Positions 10,113 to 19,057 of a stretch of 53,799 nt of DNA are shown here, piece by piece. The stretch is from a virus (Duplodnaviria; Caudoviricetes), in the IMG/VR virus record IMGVR_UViG_3300042988_002859, positions 1 to 53,799 of that record; one strand, 5' to 3'. The first letter of the stretch is position 1. The number at the start of each line of letters is the position of its first letter. Below the pieces are notes generated by a model. It had not been told where the DNA came from. It saw nothing but the letters and a program-made list of their open reading frames with translations, and searched no databases. Both the position numbers and the translations under genes were made by a program.

Positions 10113-11357
10113 TTAATTGATATTGAGGTCAAGCGGATCGGCGGCAGGCTTGGCCGCCCCTGGCACATAGGGCTCGATGGCCTTGGAGTACTGGATGCCA
10201 AGCACCGCCTGACGTTCCAACAGTTGTTTCGTGCCTGGGTTGTTCGGGTCAAAACTGCCTTCGGCCATGGCTTTGTTCAGCGCTGAATTGACACCCTCAA
10301 TCTGCTTGGCCAAGCTCTCGGCCTGCATCTTCACAGCGGGTGGAATCTTGGCGCTTTCCATGGTCACTCGGTGCACGGCGGCAGCGCGCGCCTCTTGGGC
10401 TCCTTGGATCTGCAGCATCCGCTGGCGGTAAGCCATGTTCGATTCGCTCTCCTGTTTGCGCAGGTCAAAGTCCTTTTGCCAGCGCTCATCCGCCTTGGTC
10501 TCTTTGGCTGCAGTCTTGTCCGATTGGCTCTGCTCGTACAACCATCCGATCTTGGTTTCGGCGGGCGCACGCACCGCGTGCTGCAGGAATCGGGCTTTCC
10601 CCTCTGGCGTGTTGTCAAAGGTGGCCAGATCGCTGGTTTTGCCGTCTTGGCTGACGCCCACAAACGTCACCGTTTTGCCGTCTACCGACAGCTTGGGTGT
10701 TACGGTCATACCGGCAAGCCCGTCGATTTGAGTATCGGTCATCACCTTGGCTGCGTTTTGAGTCCAGTCGCCAGAACCGCTGAACGTTTCGGTCAGTTTG
10801 CGGTTGAACTGCTCGTCAGCGAATTTCAACTCTTCACGTTGCAGGCCCAGGCGCTTGGCCGTCTGGTCAAGCAAGGTGTTCTCCATCGTCGCGGCACGCT
10901 CGATCTGGCCGTTGCGCATCAGGGCATCAATGATGCGCTGATTGCGGGCGGTCGGGTTGTTGACTTTGGCCGCGTCCACTGGCGCGGTCGTGATCTGGTG
11001 CCCTCTGGCCATGGTGCCCGTCACCGCTGTGCCGGCCTGTTGGGTCACGGTGTCGCCGCGAAGCTCGGCCTCTGCGGCCATCATGTCGCGCAAGCTGGCA
11101 GCTTGGGCGGGGTTTTGGCTGAACACATTTTGCCCGCCCGACTCGGTGATGGTGCCTTGCTGCACTTCACGGGTGGCGGCAGCGTCCTTCAAGTCGGTCT
11201 TGAGCTGGTCAGCCTCTTTCCACTCGCCGCGCTGGCGGTCACGCTGCTCATTGCGCCAGGCGTCCTCTTGCTCTTGGCGCTTGCGCTCGGCTTCTTTGTC
11301 CTTGGCGCCCAAATAACCCTTGCCGAACCCGGCGAGAAATGCGGCCATGTTGCTCAT
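10113..11357 (-). CDS. Internal virion (ejection) protein
   Basis: 414 aa, helical/charged, MAAFLAGFGKGY N-terminus, lies between the pilot-like and giant ejection genes. Confidence 0.7.
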   Translation of the reverse strand: MSNMAAFLAGFGKGYLGAKDKEAERKRQEQEDAWRNEQRDRQRGEWKEADQLKTDLKDAAATREVQQGTITESGGQNVFSQNPAQAASLRDMMAAEAELRGDTVTQQAGTAVTGTMARGHQITTAPVDAAKVNNPTARNQRIIDALMRNGQIERAATMENTLLDQTAKRLGLQREELKFADEQFNRKLTETFSGSGDWTQNAAKVMTDTQIDGLAGMTVTPKLSVDGKTVTFVGVSQDGKTSDLATFDNTPEGKARFLQHAVRAPAETKIGWLYEQSQSDKTAAKETKADERWQKDFDLRKQESESNMAYRQRMLQIQGAQEARAAAVHRVTMESAKIPPAVKMQAESLAKQIEGVNSALNKAMAEGSFDPNNPGTKQLLERQAVLGIQYSKAIEPYVPGAAKPAADPLDLNIN

Positions 11358-12436
11358 TGCTTGGCTCCTTCTACTTTGTCGGCCAGCTTGTCCACCTTGC
11401 GCGCCAGTGCAGCGGTGGCGGCCATGTTCATGCCGTTCATCGAAATCAAGTCGATCTGCTTGCCACCGGGCGCCACGTTCTCGCCCATGGTCTTTTTGAC
11501 GTGCTGGGCCATCGGGCCGATGTGGGCGCCACCATCACCTTTGCCGTCCTTGTAGGTCCACTCGGATACCGGCGTGTCTTTCACCGCCTGCAGAGCCTTC
11601 TCGTCGCTCATGGGCTTGATGTTCTTTTTGGCGTTCTTGTCCGACAGCATTTTCGGCAACACAGCGCCGGCCACAGACCCAAGCGAACCCCAAACTGCAG
11701 AGTTGTCTTGCTTGCTGGCGTTTGCCGCCCCAATGTTCAATTGACCCGCGCTGTTGTTGGCGATTACAGCCCCGCTGAACCCTTGCTGCATCAGGCCGGC
11801 TGATGCGTTGCTTTGCTGCAAAGGCACCCCGGCATTGCCCACAGCGCTGTTACCGGCGTTGAGCGCCACGCCCGCGCTGGTGGCTTGGTTGCTGGCCAAG
11901 TTGCGGCCCAGGCTGGCGGCGTCCATGCGCCGCGCCCACCCTTGGGTCTCGATGGCATCGCGTGCCTTGTTGGCAGCCCCGGCTTTGGCGGCGGCCTCCT
12001 GCAACCCCAAGGTGCTCTGCATGTTCATCATCTTCCCGCTGTTGGGGTTGATGCCCATGCGCTGCATGCCGCGAACCTGAGACTGGCGCGCGGCTTCTGC
12101 CTGCATGCCAACGTCGGCCACGGCTCTGGCGGCTTGGGCATCGCGGCGCTCGGCGGTGTCGTAGTTCTGAGCATCGGCCACCATTTGCTTTTCCATCGGG
12201 CGAAAGGTGGTTGTCTGGTAGTTGTAGTAGTCCTTGCTGATACTGTCGTTCTGCCGCATGGATGCAAGCTGCTGGGCGGACACCTCTTGCGCAGTTTTCT
12301 CGGCACGCTCCAGCATCGGGCGCTGCTCAGCGTACACCTGTTTGGTGAAGTCGAGTTGCTCGCGGGCGAGTTGGGCGTTTTGCAATGCCGCTGCATTGGC
12401 GCCACTGGTGTCGGGGGCCTTGTTCTTCATCACCAT
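11354..12436 (-). CDS. Internal virion/pilot-like protein with C-terminal peptidase S74 intramolecular chaperone domain
   Basis: Ala/Gln/Asn-rich helical body, then SDKNAKKNI..WTYK..HIGPMAQHV and a terminal coiled coil; AGGAG RBS. Confidence 0.8.
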   Translation of the reverse strand: MVMKNKAPDTSGANAAALQNAQLAREQLDFTKQVYAEQRPMLERAEKTAQEVSAQQLASMRQNDSISKDYYNYQTTTFRPMEKQMVADAQNYDTAERRDAQAARAVADVGMQAEAARQSQVRGMQRMGINPNSGKMMNMQSTLGLQEAAAKAGAANKARDAIETQGWARRMDAASLGRNLASNQATSAGVALNAGNSAVGNAGVPLQQSNASAGLMQQGFSGAVIANNSAGQLNIGAANASKQDNSAVWGSLGSVAGAVLPKMLSDKNAKKNIKPMSDEKALQAVKDTPVSEWTYKDGKGDGGAHIGPMAQHVKKTMGENVAPGGKQIDLISMNGMNMAATAALARKVDKLADKVEGAKQ

Positions 12437-12438
12437 GG

Positions 12439-12936
12439 TTAGCTCCTTTGCCGAAAGTCGGCTATGTAGTCCTCTAGGCTGTCTTGCTGCACCAGCATGC
12501 GAATCTCGGCGGCCAGTTCTGCAGCTTGGGCGTGGCCATGGATCAGCGAGGCGGCCAGCACCGCCACATCACCCACAGCGCAGCGCGTCACATGCGCCAC
12601 CTGTAAGGCGTGGTCGGTGCCGATCTGCTCCAGTTGGTTGGCGCCGTGCCAGTTCAAAATGCTGGTTTCCAGAACCGGCCAAATGGCGGCGGCGTGGCGC
12701 TGCACGAACGGGTTGGACAAAAGCCCCACTGTGCAGGCATGAAATGCGTCATTGATCTGGCCAGCCGTCACGGGCTGATCACCGTCGATCAAGTCATCCC
12801 AGACGTGGGCCACAAAGGCGATCGCGCGCACCATGGCCACGGCAGAGTGGTCGCCCAGCAACTCATGCAATCTGGCAAAGGCGTCAAACGATTGCTTATC
12901 CGTCTGACTGAGCGAAAAGCTAGGTGAATGCGTCAC
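12439..12936 (-). CDS. Hypothetical all-helical protein with DDxxD motif (isoprenoid synthase-like)
   Basis: AHVWDDLIDGD; GTG start at 12936 with GAGG RBS chosen over the TTG at 12966. Confidence 0.65.
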   Translation of the reverse strand: MTHSPSFSLSQTDKQSFDAFARLHELLGDHSAVAMVRAIAFVAHVWDDLIDGDQPVTAGQINDAFHACTVGLLSNPFVQRHAAAIWPVLETSILNWHGANQLEQIGTDHALQVAHVTRCAVGDVAVLAASLIHGHAQAAELAAEIRMLVQQDSLEDYIADFRQRS

Positions 12937-12974
12937 AAGAAACAGCCTCAGCCCACCATGGGCCAATCCGTTTC

Positions 12975-13009
12975 ACTGTCACATGGATGGCTTCGGAGTC
13001 AATGGCGAT
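12975..13009 (-). promoter_or_regulatory. Putative late promoter for the ejection-protein operon
   Basis: ATCGCCA-TTGACT-CCGA, 16-nt spacer, TGT-GACAGT; motif repeated at 19023-19057, 27650-27679 and 33823-33857. Confidence 0.75.
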
Positions 13010-13014
13010 CGGGG

Positions 13015-13599
13015 TCACCAGATTTCAAAAAAATCCACTTCGGCCACTGTTGTGCAAGCATCAAGCGCCTTTTTGCGTTCCTCAGAGTGGGTGAAATTTG
13101 CCATCCCTCTCGCAATGGCTGCGTCGTAGAAGCTCCACCACGCCTGCACATCGTTGATGGGGGTATATGTGTTGTCCTCTGCCTTCCATTGGCCGAGAAA
13201 CCCTGGTGGTAGCTCGGCACGCGCAGTCACCCAGCCATGCACCGCCGTGATTTGTTTCCATGCTGCTTCGTTGGCCTGAAACCATTTTCCCCGCCACTCA
13301 AACCGCCGATCTTCGTTCACACGACGATCTGTAATGGCTCTGCGCTTTGCCTCCTTGACCATAGTCAAGGTACGACGATCAACCCACTGCTTGACGGCAT
13401 AGTCAAAGGTGTGATGACTGGATGGTGCTTCTGGAATCGGGATGGCTTTGAAGTCCTTCACATAGTAAGCGCCATCGCAGTAGTCTCCATCTATCCAATC
13501 TTCTATTTCTTTATTTATCTGAATATCTGCAGCACCTACAGGGACGATGCACCTTCTTACAATCTCACCAGTCGCTTTTTTGAAAACTGTTATTTTCAT
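13015..13599 (-). CDS. DUF4376-like tail fibre assembly protein
   Basis: P.PS..HTFD...QW motif, FEWRGKWFQ, WKAEDN; directly follows the fibre gene. Confidence 0.75.
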   Translation of the reverse strand: MKITVFKKATGEIVRRCIVPVGAADIQINKEIEDWIDGDYCDGAYYVKDFKAIPIPEAPSSHHTFDYAVKQWVDRRTLTMVKEAKRRAITDRRVNEDRRFEWRGKWFQANEAAWKQITAVHGWVTARAELPPGFLGQWKAEDNTYTPINDVQAWWSFYDAAIARGMANFTHSEERKKALDACTTVAEVDFFEIW

Positions 13600-14840
13600 C
13601 TTTTTGTTTCCATGATAAAAATAGAACGATGAAATACCATTGGCCGTTTACCAATATAATACTCTTGAGAAGTTGCGTCATAGTGTCTCACCTGTATAGA
13701 ATAGGTGTATGTGCCGGCCTCAGGATGCTCTCCATAAGTCACGTGCTCAGAGATACTATCCCCCATGACGGGATACCCATCTTTTAAAAGCCGTATTTCC
13801 GATTTTCCACTTAGCCACCCATCAGTATAGTTATATATATAAGACGCACTGGTCCTTAAAAACATAGAAATAAACAATTTTTCACCGGTTGTTTTGATCG
13901 TTGCACTTTGAACGGTGATCCATGTGTTTGTGCATGGGACTTCTATTGGAGAATTTGAAAAAGAAGACACCGCAAACGTAACCGCTTGTCCGGCGATATT
14001 TAATGTATTGACTTCAGCGTTTCCGATTTTGGCGGAGGTGATGGCGGCATCTGCAATCTTTGCGCCGTCAACAGCCAAGTCTGCAATCTTGGAACTGTCA
14101 ACCGCAAGATTTGCAATTTTGGCGCTGTCGACCGCGAGATCAGCAATTTTGGCATTGGTGATTTGCGCATTCAAAATGAACGACTGCACGCTGTACGTGC
14201 CAGCCGCATAGGTCACACCGTCAATCGTGGTCGGCTGCGCCAGGATTTTGAAAGGGTTGCCGGGTCCGGTCATGGCATTGACCATGGCGCTCACATTTTG
14301 TCCTGTAGCTACCGCCAACCCATTGGTTCCGCCTGCCGGTGTCGGGCTCAACACGCCATCAGCGGTTTCCCATTTGATCCACAGTCGCCATGTTGTGCCG
14401 GGGTCGCTGGTCAAACCCCACATCGTGCCGATGAATTGACCCACTTCAACGGCATCAGAAAACGTCGGCAAATCGCCGCTGGTGTATTTTGCGCCATAGA
14501 CGCGGGTGCGTAGGTGTCCACCACCTTGGGTGTATGCCGGTGTCGCGTGCTCTATCAGCACATGGCTGATGGCGCCTGTTGCCGCAAACCCGTCGGGCTG
14601 AGGGGGTGGCGTCAAATCAGGCTCGCGCGCCGTCGATCCACTGTTGGTACTGGGCGTTGGCTCAATCTGTTGCGTCCCGGGGCGCAGTTGGGCGAGCCCC
14701 GCCGCAATCAGCTCGCGCTTGGTGACCACCTGATCAAGCGAGTCACCGATTTTTCCCATCAAGCGCATCAACTCTTCGCGCACACGGGAAGAGAAATTAC
14801 TTGCTCCGGGTTGAGGTAGGTCTTTGGGGTCGGCCATCAC
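13596..14840 (-). CDS. Tail fibre/tip protein with 10-aa repeats and AT-rich C-terminal receptor-binding domain
   Basis: DLTPPPQP Fn3-like start, ILNAQITNAKI, (VDSAKIADLA)-type repeats, TYTYSIQV C-terminal beta domain. Confidence 0.8.
   Translation of the reverse strand: MMADPKDLPQPGASNFSSRVREELMRLMGKIGDSLDQVVTKRELIAAGLAQLRPGTQQIEPTPSTNSGSTAREPDLTPPPQPDGFAATGAISHVLIEHATPAYTQGGGHLRTRVYGAKYTSGDLPTFSDAVEVGQFIGTMWGLTSDPGTTWRLWIKWETADGVLSPTPAGGTNGLAVATGQNVSAMVNAMTGPGNPFKILAQPTTIDGVTYAAGTYSVQSFILNAQITNAKIADLAVDSAKIANLAVDSSKIADLAVDGAKIADAAITSAKIGNAEVNTLNIAGQAVTFAVSSFSNSPIEVPCTNTWITVQSATIKTTGEKLFISMFLRTSASYIYNYTDGWLSGKSEIRLLKDGYPVMGDSISEHVTYGEHPEAGTYTYSIQVRHYDATSQEYYIGKRPMVFHRSIFIMETKR
13995..14165 (-). 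repeat. About five degenerate 30-bp coding tandem repeats in the tail fibre
   Basis: ITNAKIADLA VDSAKIANLA VDSSKIADLA VDGAKIADAA ITSAKIGNAE. Confidence 0.85.
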
Positions 14841-16504
14841 ACAGCCCTCAGCTCGTCAAGCGTTGAAGCCATTGCCAGGCCCTGCACCGCCCCCGTGGTC
14901 TGCGTCTCCATCACCCAATCCGATGCGCTAAAACCGCCCGGCAGTGGCACCGGGGAGCGGCTTGGCACACTGGTTTGGTATCGCAACACGCCAGTGGCAG
15001 GACTGGTCAAGGTTGATCCGTATTCGGCCAGCAACGCAGACACCTCGGCGACGCCAAGGCCATGCGCCTCCACTGCCACCGTCACCGGGTAGCTGTCGGC
15101 AATCACCTCCAGTGCGCCAAAATTCGCCGGCACCGGGGTGCGATAGGTCTTGCTGCGCACACGGGCTGTCATGGCCGTGTTGCCGGCGTCCCACCGCTTG
15201 ATGCCGATGCCGTCCAGCACGTATAGTTGATCCTGCAGCTCGTCAAAGTGCAGGGCGTTGTAGCCGGCGTCCAAGAAAAACACACCGGTCGGGTTCAGTG
15301 GGTCGATCAAAAAACCCTTGCGCCCTCCGCCGTCGTCGTAGCTGCCAAAGTACAGCCCCTCGTACATCTTGCCGATGATGGTTTCGGGCTTGATGGCTTG
15401 CCAGTCATCGCGGGTCATGATGCCAGACGTCAGCAGTCGCGCACCCCCCGCGCCGTACCAGCAAAGCCCATCCTCACTGGCCCATGCCACCCCCGCCCCC
15501 ATGCTCACCGCCGACTGTGGGGCAGCGCACGCTTGGCTGAATTCCAATGGTTGTTGGTCCAGGCTGTCAGGGCCGGAGCCCGACACCAGCAGCGGGCGGC
15601 TTGTTGTCAACACCAGCATAGATTGGCCAAACACGCCAAGCGCAACCGACTTTCCGTCGGGTGGCACCACGTCATAGGCAATCGGCCACGCATAGGGGGT
15701 GTACGCCTCGCACACCCTCACACTGTTGCCGCTGATGCCGGCCAACATGCCGTTCCACATGGCCGTTAGGTAGGTCAGGTCATCCGGAGCGGGTAGCCAA
15801 CTCATGCTGGCCATTACTTCGCCCAAAACCCGGTTGTCGTCGGTGGTATTTGCGGTGCCGTAGGCAATTTCACGCAGAAAAAAGAACTCCGTGGCCGATC
15901 CGCCAGATTGCGTGCGGTAGATACGAATGCGGTTGACCTGATAGTTGCCCGATGGCACGGTCGCAAACCCGCTCAGCGTCACGTTTGCACCCGTTGGTCG
16001 ATTGATGGTCAAGCCCGGTGCAGGCGCACTCTCCCAGCCCCAGTCATTCACAAAGGTGTAGGTGTACACATAGCTTGCTGTCTGCCCTGCGCCACTGCTT
16101 ACCGATCCGTTCAATGCGGTTGTCGGCGCTGGAATGCCCAATGGGCGGCTGGTGGTCGGATATGGTGCCGAGGCCAGCGCCATGATGTTGTCCGTTACCT
16201 TGGGTGCGCCGCTGCCCGTGAAGTAAGTTCGCTCGGTCGTGTCTTCGGCATCAAATCCCCGCACGGCATGCACCACCGCAGACCATGCCAGCCAATATTG
16301 AGCATCACTTGCCACGTCCCGACCCATGCGGTATATGGTCTTCATCCCAATTGGCGCGCTGGCCACGGTCAGTGGCTGCATCCATGGGCGCAAGTCACCC
16401 CGTCCAGGCTTGCAATTGCGGCTGAGAGTGGCCGACTGGTCACCCAAAAGTTTGGGGTGAATCGCTCGGTTCTCACCGGTAAAGCCAGCAAAGCGAATCA
16501 GCAT
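14837..16504 (-). CDS. Tail tubular/nozzle-type (stabilisation) protein
   Basis: 555 aa beta-rich; YVYTYTFVNDWGWESAP, RIYRTQSG, CEAYTPYAWP, WASEDGL motifs typical of podovirus tail proteins. Confidence 0.75.
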   Translation of the reverse strand: MLIRFAGFTGENRAIHPKLLGDQSATLSRNCKPGRGDLRPWMQPLTVASAPIGMKTIYRMGRDVASDAQYWLAWSAVVHAVRGFDAEDTTERTYFTGSGAPKVTDNIMALASAPYPTTSRPLGIPAPTTALNGSVSSGAGQTASYVYTYTFVNDWGWESAPAPGLTINRPTGANVTLSGFATVPSGNYQVNRIRIYRTQSGGSATEFFFLREIAYGTANTTDDNRVLGEVMASMSWLPAPDDLTYLTAMWNGMLAGISGNSVRVCEAYTPYAWPIAYDVVPPDGKSVALGVFGQSMLVLTTSRPLLVSGSGPDSLDQQPLEFSQACAAPQSAVSMGAGVAWASEDGLCWYGAGGARLLTSGIMTRDDWQAIKPETIIGKMYEGLYFGSYDDGGGRKGFLIDPLNPTGVFFLDAGYNALHFDELQDQLYVLDGIGIKRWDAGNTAMTARVRSKTYRTPVPANFGALEVIADSYPVTVAVEAHGLGVAEVSALLAEYGSTLTSPATGVLRYQTSVPSRSPVPLPGGFSASDWVMETQTTGAVQGLAMASTLDELRAV

Positions 16505-16507
16505 GCG

Positions 16508-17038
16508 TCAGTCCTTGCTCATCGCATCCCGGGCGCGATCGTGGGCGGCTCGGCAGTAGCTGGCGTCGGCCTCTGCTGCGTCAGCGTACTCAGCAAGCTC
16601 TGTAGTTCGGCCTGCCACCCGGTCAAGCAATCCGGCAAGCAAATCGAGGGCTTCACTGGCGTTGGGCCCAGTGGCGGGAGGTACACAGTTTTGACCGGCT
16701 TTGGCGGCAAGCGCTCGGGCGGCGTTGCGCACCCGGCCATCAGCAGAACGAGCATCAGCAGCACGAGCGCTGCGTTCAGTGTCCAGTTTTTTTTGTGCTT
16801 CGTTGGCTTGAGCAAGTGCATTGGTCAGCTCCTGTTCGCGTTGTCGGGCCTGTTCGGATGCCAGCAATACGGCAGCGCTTGCCGCGGCGCGTTCATGGGC
16901 GTACTGCGCCATGGTCGATTGGTGGGCGGCGCGCTCTTGATACAGGTCGTCCAGCGTCCATAGCCACCCGGCGCCCAGGATGGCGATCAGGCCAGCGATA
17001 AGCACCAGGCGCCAGTGTTTGAGGGCGGCGGAGATCAT
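16508..17038 (-). CDS. Rz: i-spanin (Rz-like)
   Basis: N-terminal TM segment (WRLVLIAGLIAILGAGWLW) plus Ala/Arg coiled coil; ATGA overlap with the endolysin stop. Confidence 0.85.
   Translation of the reverse strand: MISAALKHWRLVLIAGLIAILGAGWLWTLDDLYQERAAHQSTMAQYAHERAAASAAVLLASEQARQREQELTNALAQANEAQKKLDTERSARAADARSADGRVRNAARALAAKAGQNCVPPATGPNASEALDLLAGLLDRVAGRTTELAEYADAAEADASYCRAAHDRARDAMSKD
16519..16821 (-). CDS. Rz1: o-spanin lipoprotein (Rz1-like), embedded out of frame in Rz
   Basis: Basic N-terminus, hydrophobic stretch, lipobox MAGC, Pro-rich mature part; entirely within Rz. Confidence 0.8.
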   Translation of the reverse strand: MHLLKPTKHKKNWTLNAALVLLMLVLLMAGCATPPERLPPKPVKTVYLPPLGPTPVKPSICLPDCLTGWQAELQSLLSTLTQQRPTPATAEPPTIAPGMR

Positions 17039-17571
17039 GCAGCCCCCACACGGTTGCCACACATGGCGGCGGCGATGGCCAGCGCTACACGCTCACGCGC
17101 GCCTGCAAAGCGCGCCATGTCGCTGGCGTTGCTGATGAATACCATTTCCACGATCAGGCCCCCGGCGTTGACAAAACCCAGCCGTCCACGTGGGCTTTGA
17201 TTTTGGTCAATCCAGCCGGCCTCGCCGCGCAGGCGCTGGCCAGTCTCAGCGGCGATGGCTTTGGCCAAGCGCTGGGCAATGGTTTTTTGTTGCGGCAATG
17301 CGATCACTTCCACCCCGGTGGCACTGGGGCTGGTGAATCCGTTGCAGTGCAGCTCCACCGCCAAATCGGTTCCATTGATCAACGGCAAGGCCTGGGCCAA
17401 CGTCCAGTTTATGCCGGTTCCGCCGTCGGTACGGGCGATGTGGCGCAATTCGCGCAGGCGAGCGGCCACCAGATCACGCAAAGCCAGACACACATCGGCT
17501 TCGCGGTAGCCATTGGCTACTGCGCCGGGGTCTGTACCACCGTGTCCGGCGCTGATGAGGTAGGTGCTCAC
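17035..17571 (-). CDS. Endolysin, N-acetylmuramoyl-L-alanine amidase (Amidase_3)
   Basis: ISAGHGGTDPGA..E, ELHCN, IVEMVFISN; GTG start overlaps the upstream stop (GTGA). Confidence 0.92.
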   Translation of the reverse strand: MSTYLISAGHGGTDPGAVANGYREADVCLALRDLVAARLRELRHIARTDGGTGINWTLAQALPLINGTDLAVELHCNGFTSPSATGVEVIALPQQKTIAQRLAKAIAAETGQRLRGEAGWIDQNQSPRGRLGFVNAGGLIVEMVFISNASDMARFAGARERVALAIAAAMCGNRVGAA

Positions 17572-17846
17572 AGCTCTCTTCTTGCAATAGACGGCACGCC
17601 ATCGGCCCACGCGCTGGCGGTCACCCGAATGTAGGTGGCCACGCAAACAGCGGTGATGGCAGTACGTGCATCCACACCTACAGTCACGAGATCAGCAGCC
17701 GTCCACGCCGACACGGCAAAGATCGCGACGTAGATGAAAATCCACACTGGGCGCATGTCGTATCGGCTATGGCGTAGCCTGCAAATCGCGCCACCACAGC
17801 AATAGAGAAGCGCGGCAAAAGCAATGGTGTTCATGACTTCGTTCAC
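17568..17846 (-). CDS. Holin-like membrane protein (3 predicted TM)
   Basis: 92 aa, three hydrophobic segments, immediately upstream of the endolysin. Confidence 0.65.
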   Translation of the reverse strand: MNEVMNTIAFAALLYCCGGAICRLRHSRYDMRPVWIFIYVAIFAVSAWTAADLVTVGVDARTAITAVCVATYIRVTASAWADGVPSIARREL

Positions 17847-18199
17847 TTTTTGCCTCCCCAGCGATCAACAACATCATCGACCAAGCCACCGGTGTGTCTG
17901 GCAAGAGCCTCGAAAATCTGGAAATAGGCATAACCAAAAAACGCAGCGGCAAGGGACAGCAGCGCCCTTGACTCAATGGCAAAATAGTCGGCACCGGCTT
18001 GGGCACCAATGGCGCCAATGATGCCGCCTGCTACCACTTGTAGCATGGCCCTGGCGCGGCCAATTGCATGGACGGCGCCAGCGTGGAACGCCACGGCGCC
18101 CACACAAGCTACGGCAATCGTGTAGGCATCAACACCAATGGTGTTCAAGAGCACGGCGCTGGACGCCGCGAGAAAACCGCTCATACCGGCGTCTGTCAT
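17843..18199 (-). CDS. Holin/antiholin-like membrane protein
   Basis: 118 aa from MTDAGM (GGAG RBS), several hydrophobic segments, charged C-terminus. Confidence 0.65.
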   Translation of the reverse strand: MTDAGMSGFLAASSAVLLNTIGVDAYTIAVACVGAVAFHAGAVHAIGRARAMLQVVAGGIIGAIGAQAGADYFAIESRALLSLAAAFFGYAYFQIFEALARHTGGLVDDVVDRWGGKK

Positions 18200-18335
18200 A
18201 AAAACTCCCGAGAAATCCCGCCGTTCATGGCGGAGATGGTCACAAAGTGAAGAGGCAACGACCACAGCGTACCCACCTCTGAGCGCAGCAGCTTGCGAAC
18301 AACGGGGGTGGGCTGGGTGGGGGTATTTTGTGCTG

Positions 18336-19001
18336 TCATTGGCTCTTGGGTTCGGTTTTGGCTGGTCCATTGGCAACTTCCAAGGTGGCTTGCACATCGG
18401 TGCCCATGAGATCTGCGTAGCGCTGAAATTGCTCCGACGCTTTGCCGGGGTCTGCCATCTCGTTGCGCTGGGAATAGGCGCGATAGAGAACAAAAGCTGT
18501 CAGCGCGGATTCCAAGTAGCCGGGCAGATCAATGCTTAGGGTCACATCATTGATGCCCATGCCCGTTGTCAGGGCGATAGATGGTGGTGCCTTGATGTAT
18601 TCACCCTTGACCTCCGCGCCACTGATTGCAGGCGGGTACACGTCAAAGTCAGCGGGAGACCGGGCGTCCCAGATGTAGTGCAACACCGATGCAGTTGGTG
18701 TTGCGGTGCGCCAGTTTGGCTCTTGAGCATTCAGCAACGCGCCAGGCGCCAGCGTCACCGACCGGCCTGCGGCTTCGGTCACGGCAATCAGCTTTACACC
18801 ATCTTCGCCGAGCGACTGGGCCACACCCTGCGTTAGCGTCAGCGTCCCTTTTGTGTGAAACAGATCGGGGCGACGGATAACAGCATCGCGCAAAGCGTCG
18901 TTAACGTACTGCGCGAGGGCATTGACGCGCCAGCGCAGAAAAGCCAAATCCTCCAGCTCTCGCGCCGCAGCCTCTATCAGTGATTGCGCCAAAATCGCCA
19001 T
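18336..19001 (-). CDS. Head-tail adaptor (DUF6682-like)
   Basis: RW...L..YVNDA...RRPD, FDVYPP, ALTAFVLYRAYS; AGGAG RBS before ATG 19001. Confidence 0.75.
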   Translation of the reverse strand: MAILAQSLIEAAARELEDLAFLRWRVNALAQYVNDALRDAVIRRPDLFHTKGTLTLTQGVAQSLGEDGVKLIAVTEAAGRSVTLAPGALLNAQEPNWRTATPTASVLHYIWDARSPADFDVYPPAISGAEVKGEYIKAPPSIALTTGMGINDVTLSIDLPGYLESALTAFVLYRAYSQRNEMADPGKASEQFQRYADLMGTDVQATLEVANGPAKTEPKSQ

Positions 19002-19022
19002 GTCGGTACTCCTGTGCGCGAA

Positions 19023-19057
19023 ATGGTGAAACACTTCACTTCGGAGTCAATGGCGAT
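19023..19057 (-). promoter_or_regulatory. Putative late promoter for adaptor/lysis/tail genes
   Basis: ATCGCCA-TTGACT-CCGAAG, 16-nt spacer, CACCAT; 19 bp identical to the copy at 12991-13009. Confidence 0.75.

Noticed and set aside
126-12442. Long plus-strand ORFs opposite the ejection genes (e.g. 1953-3599, 5538-7958, 10371-11555)
   Set aside because: Antisense shadows of GC-rich coding sequence; no motifs, RBS or coupling
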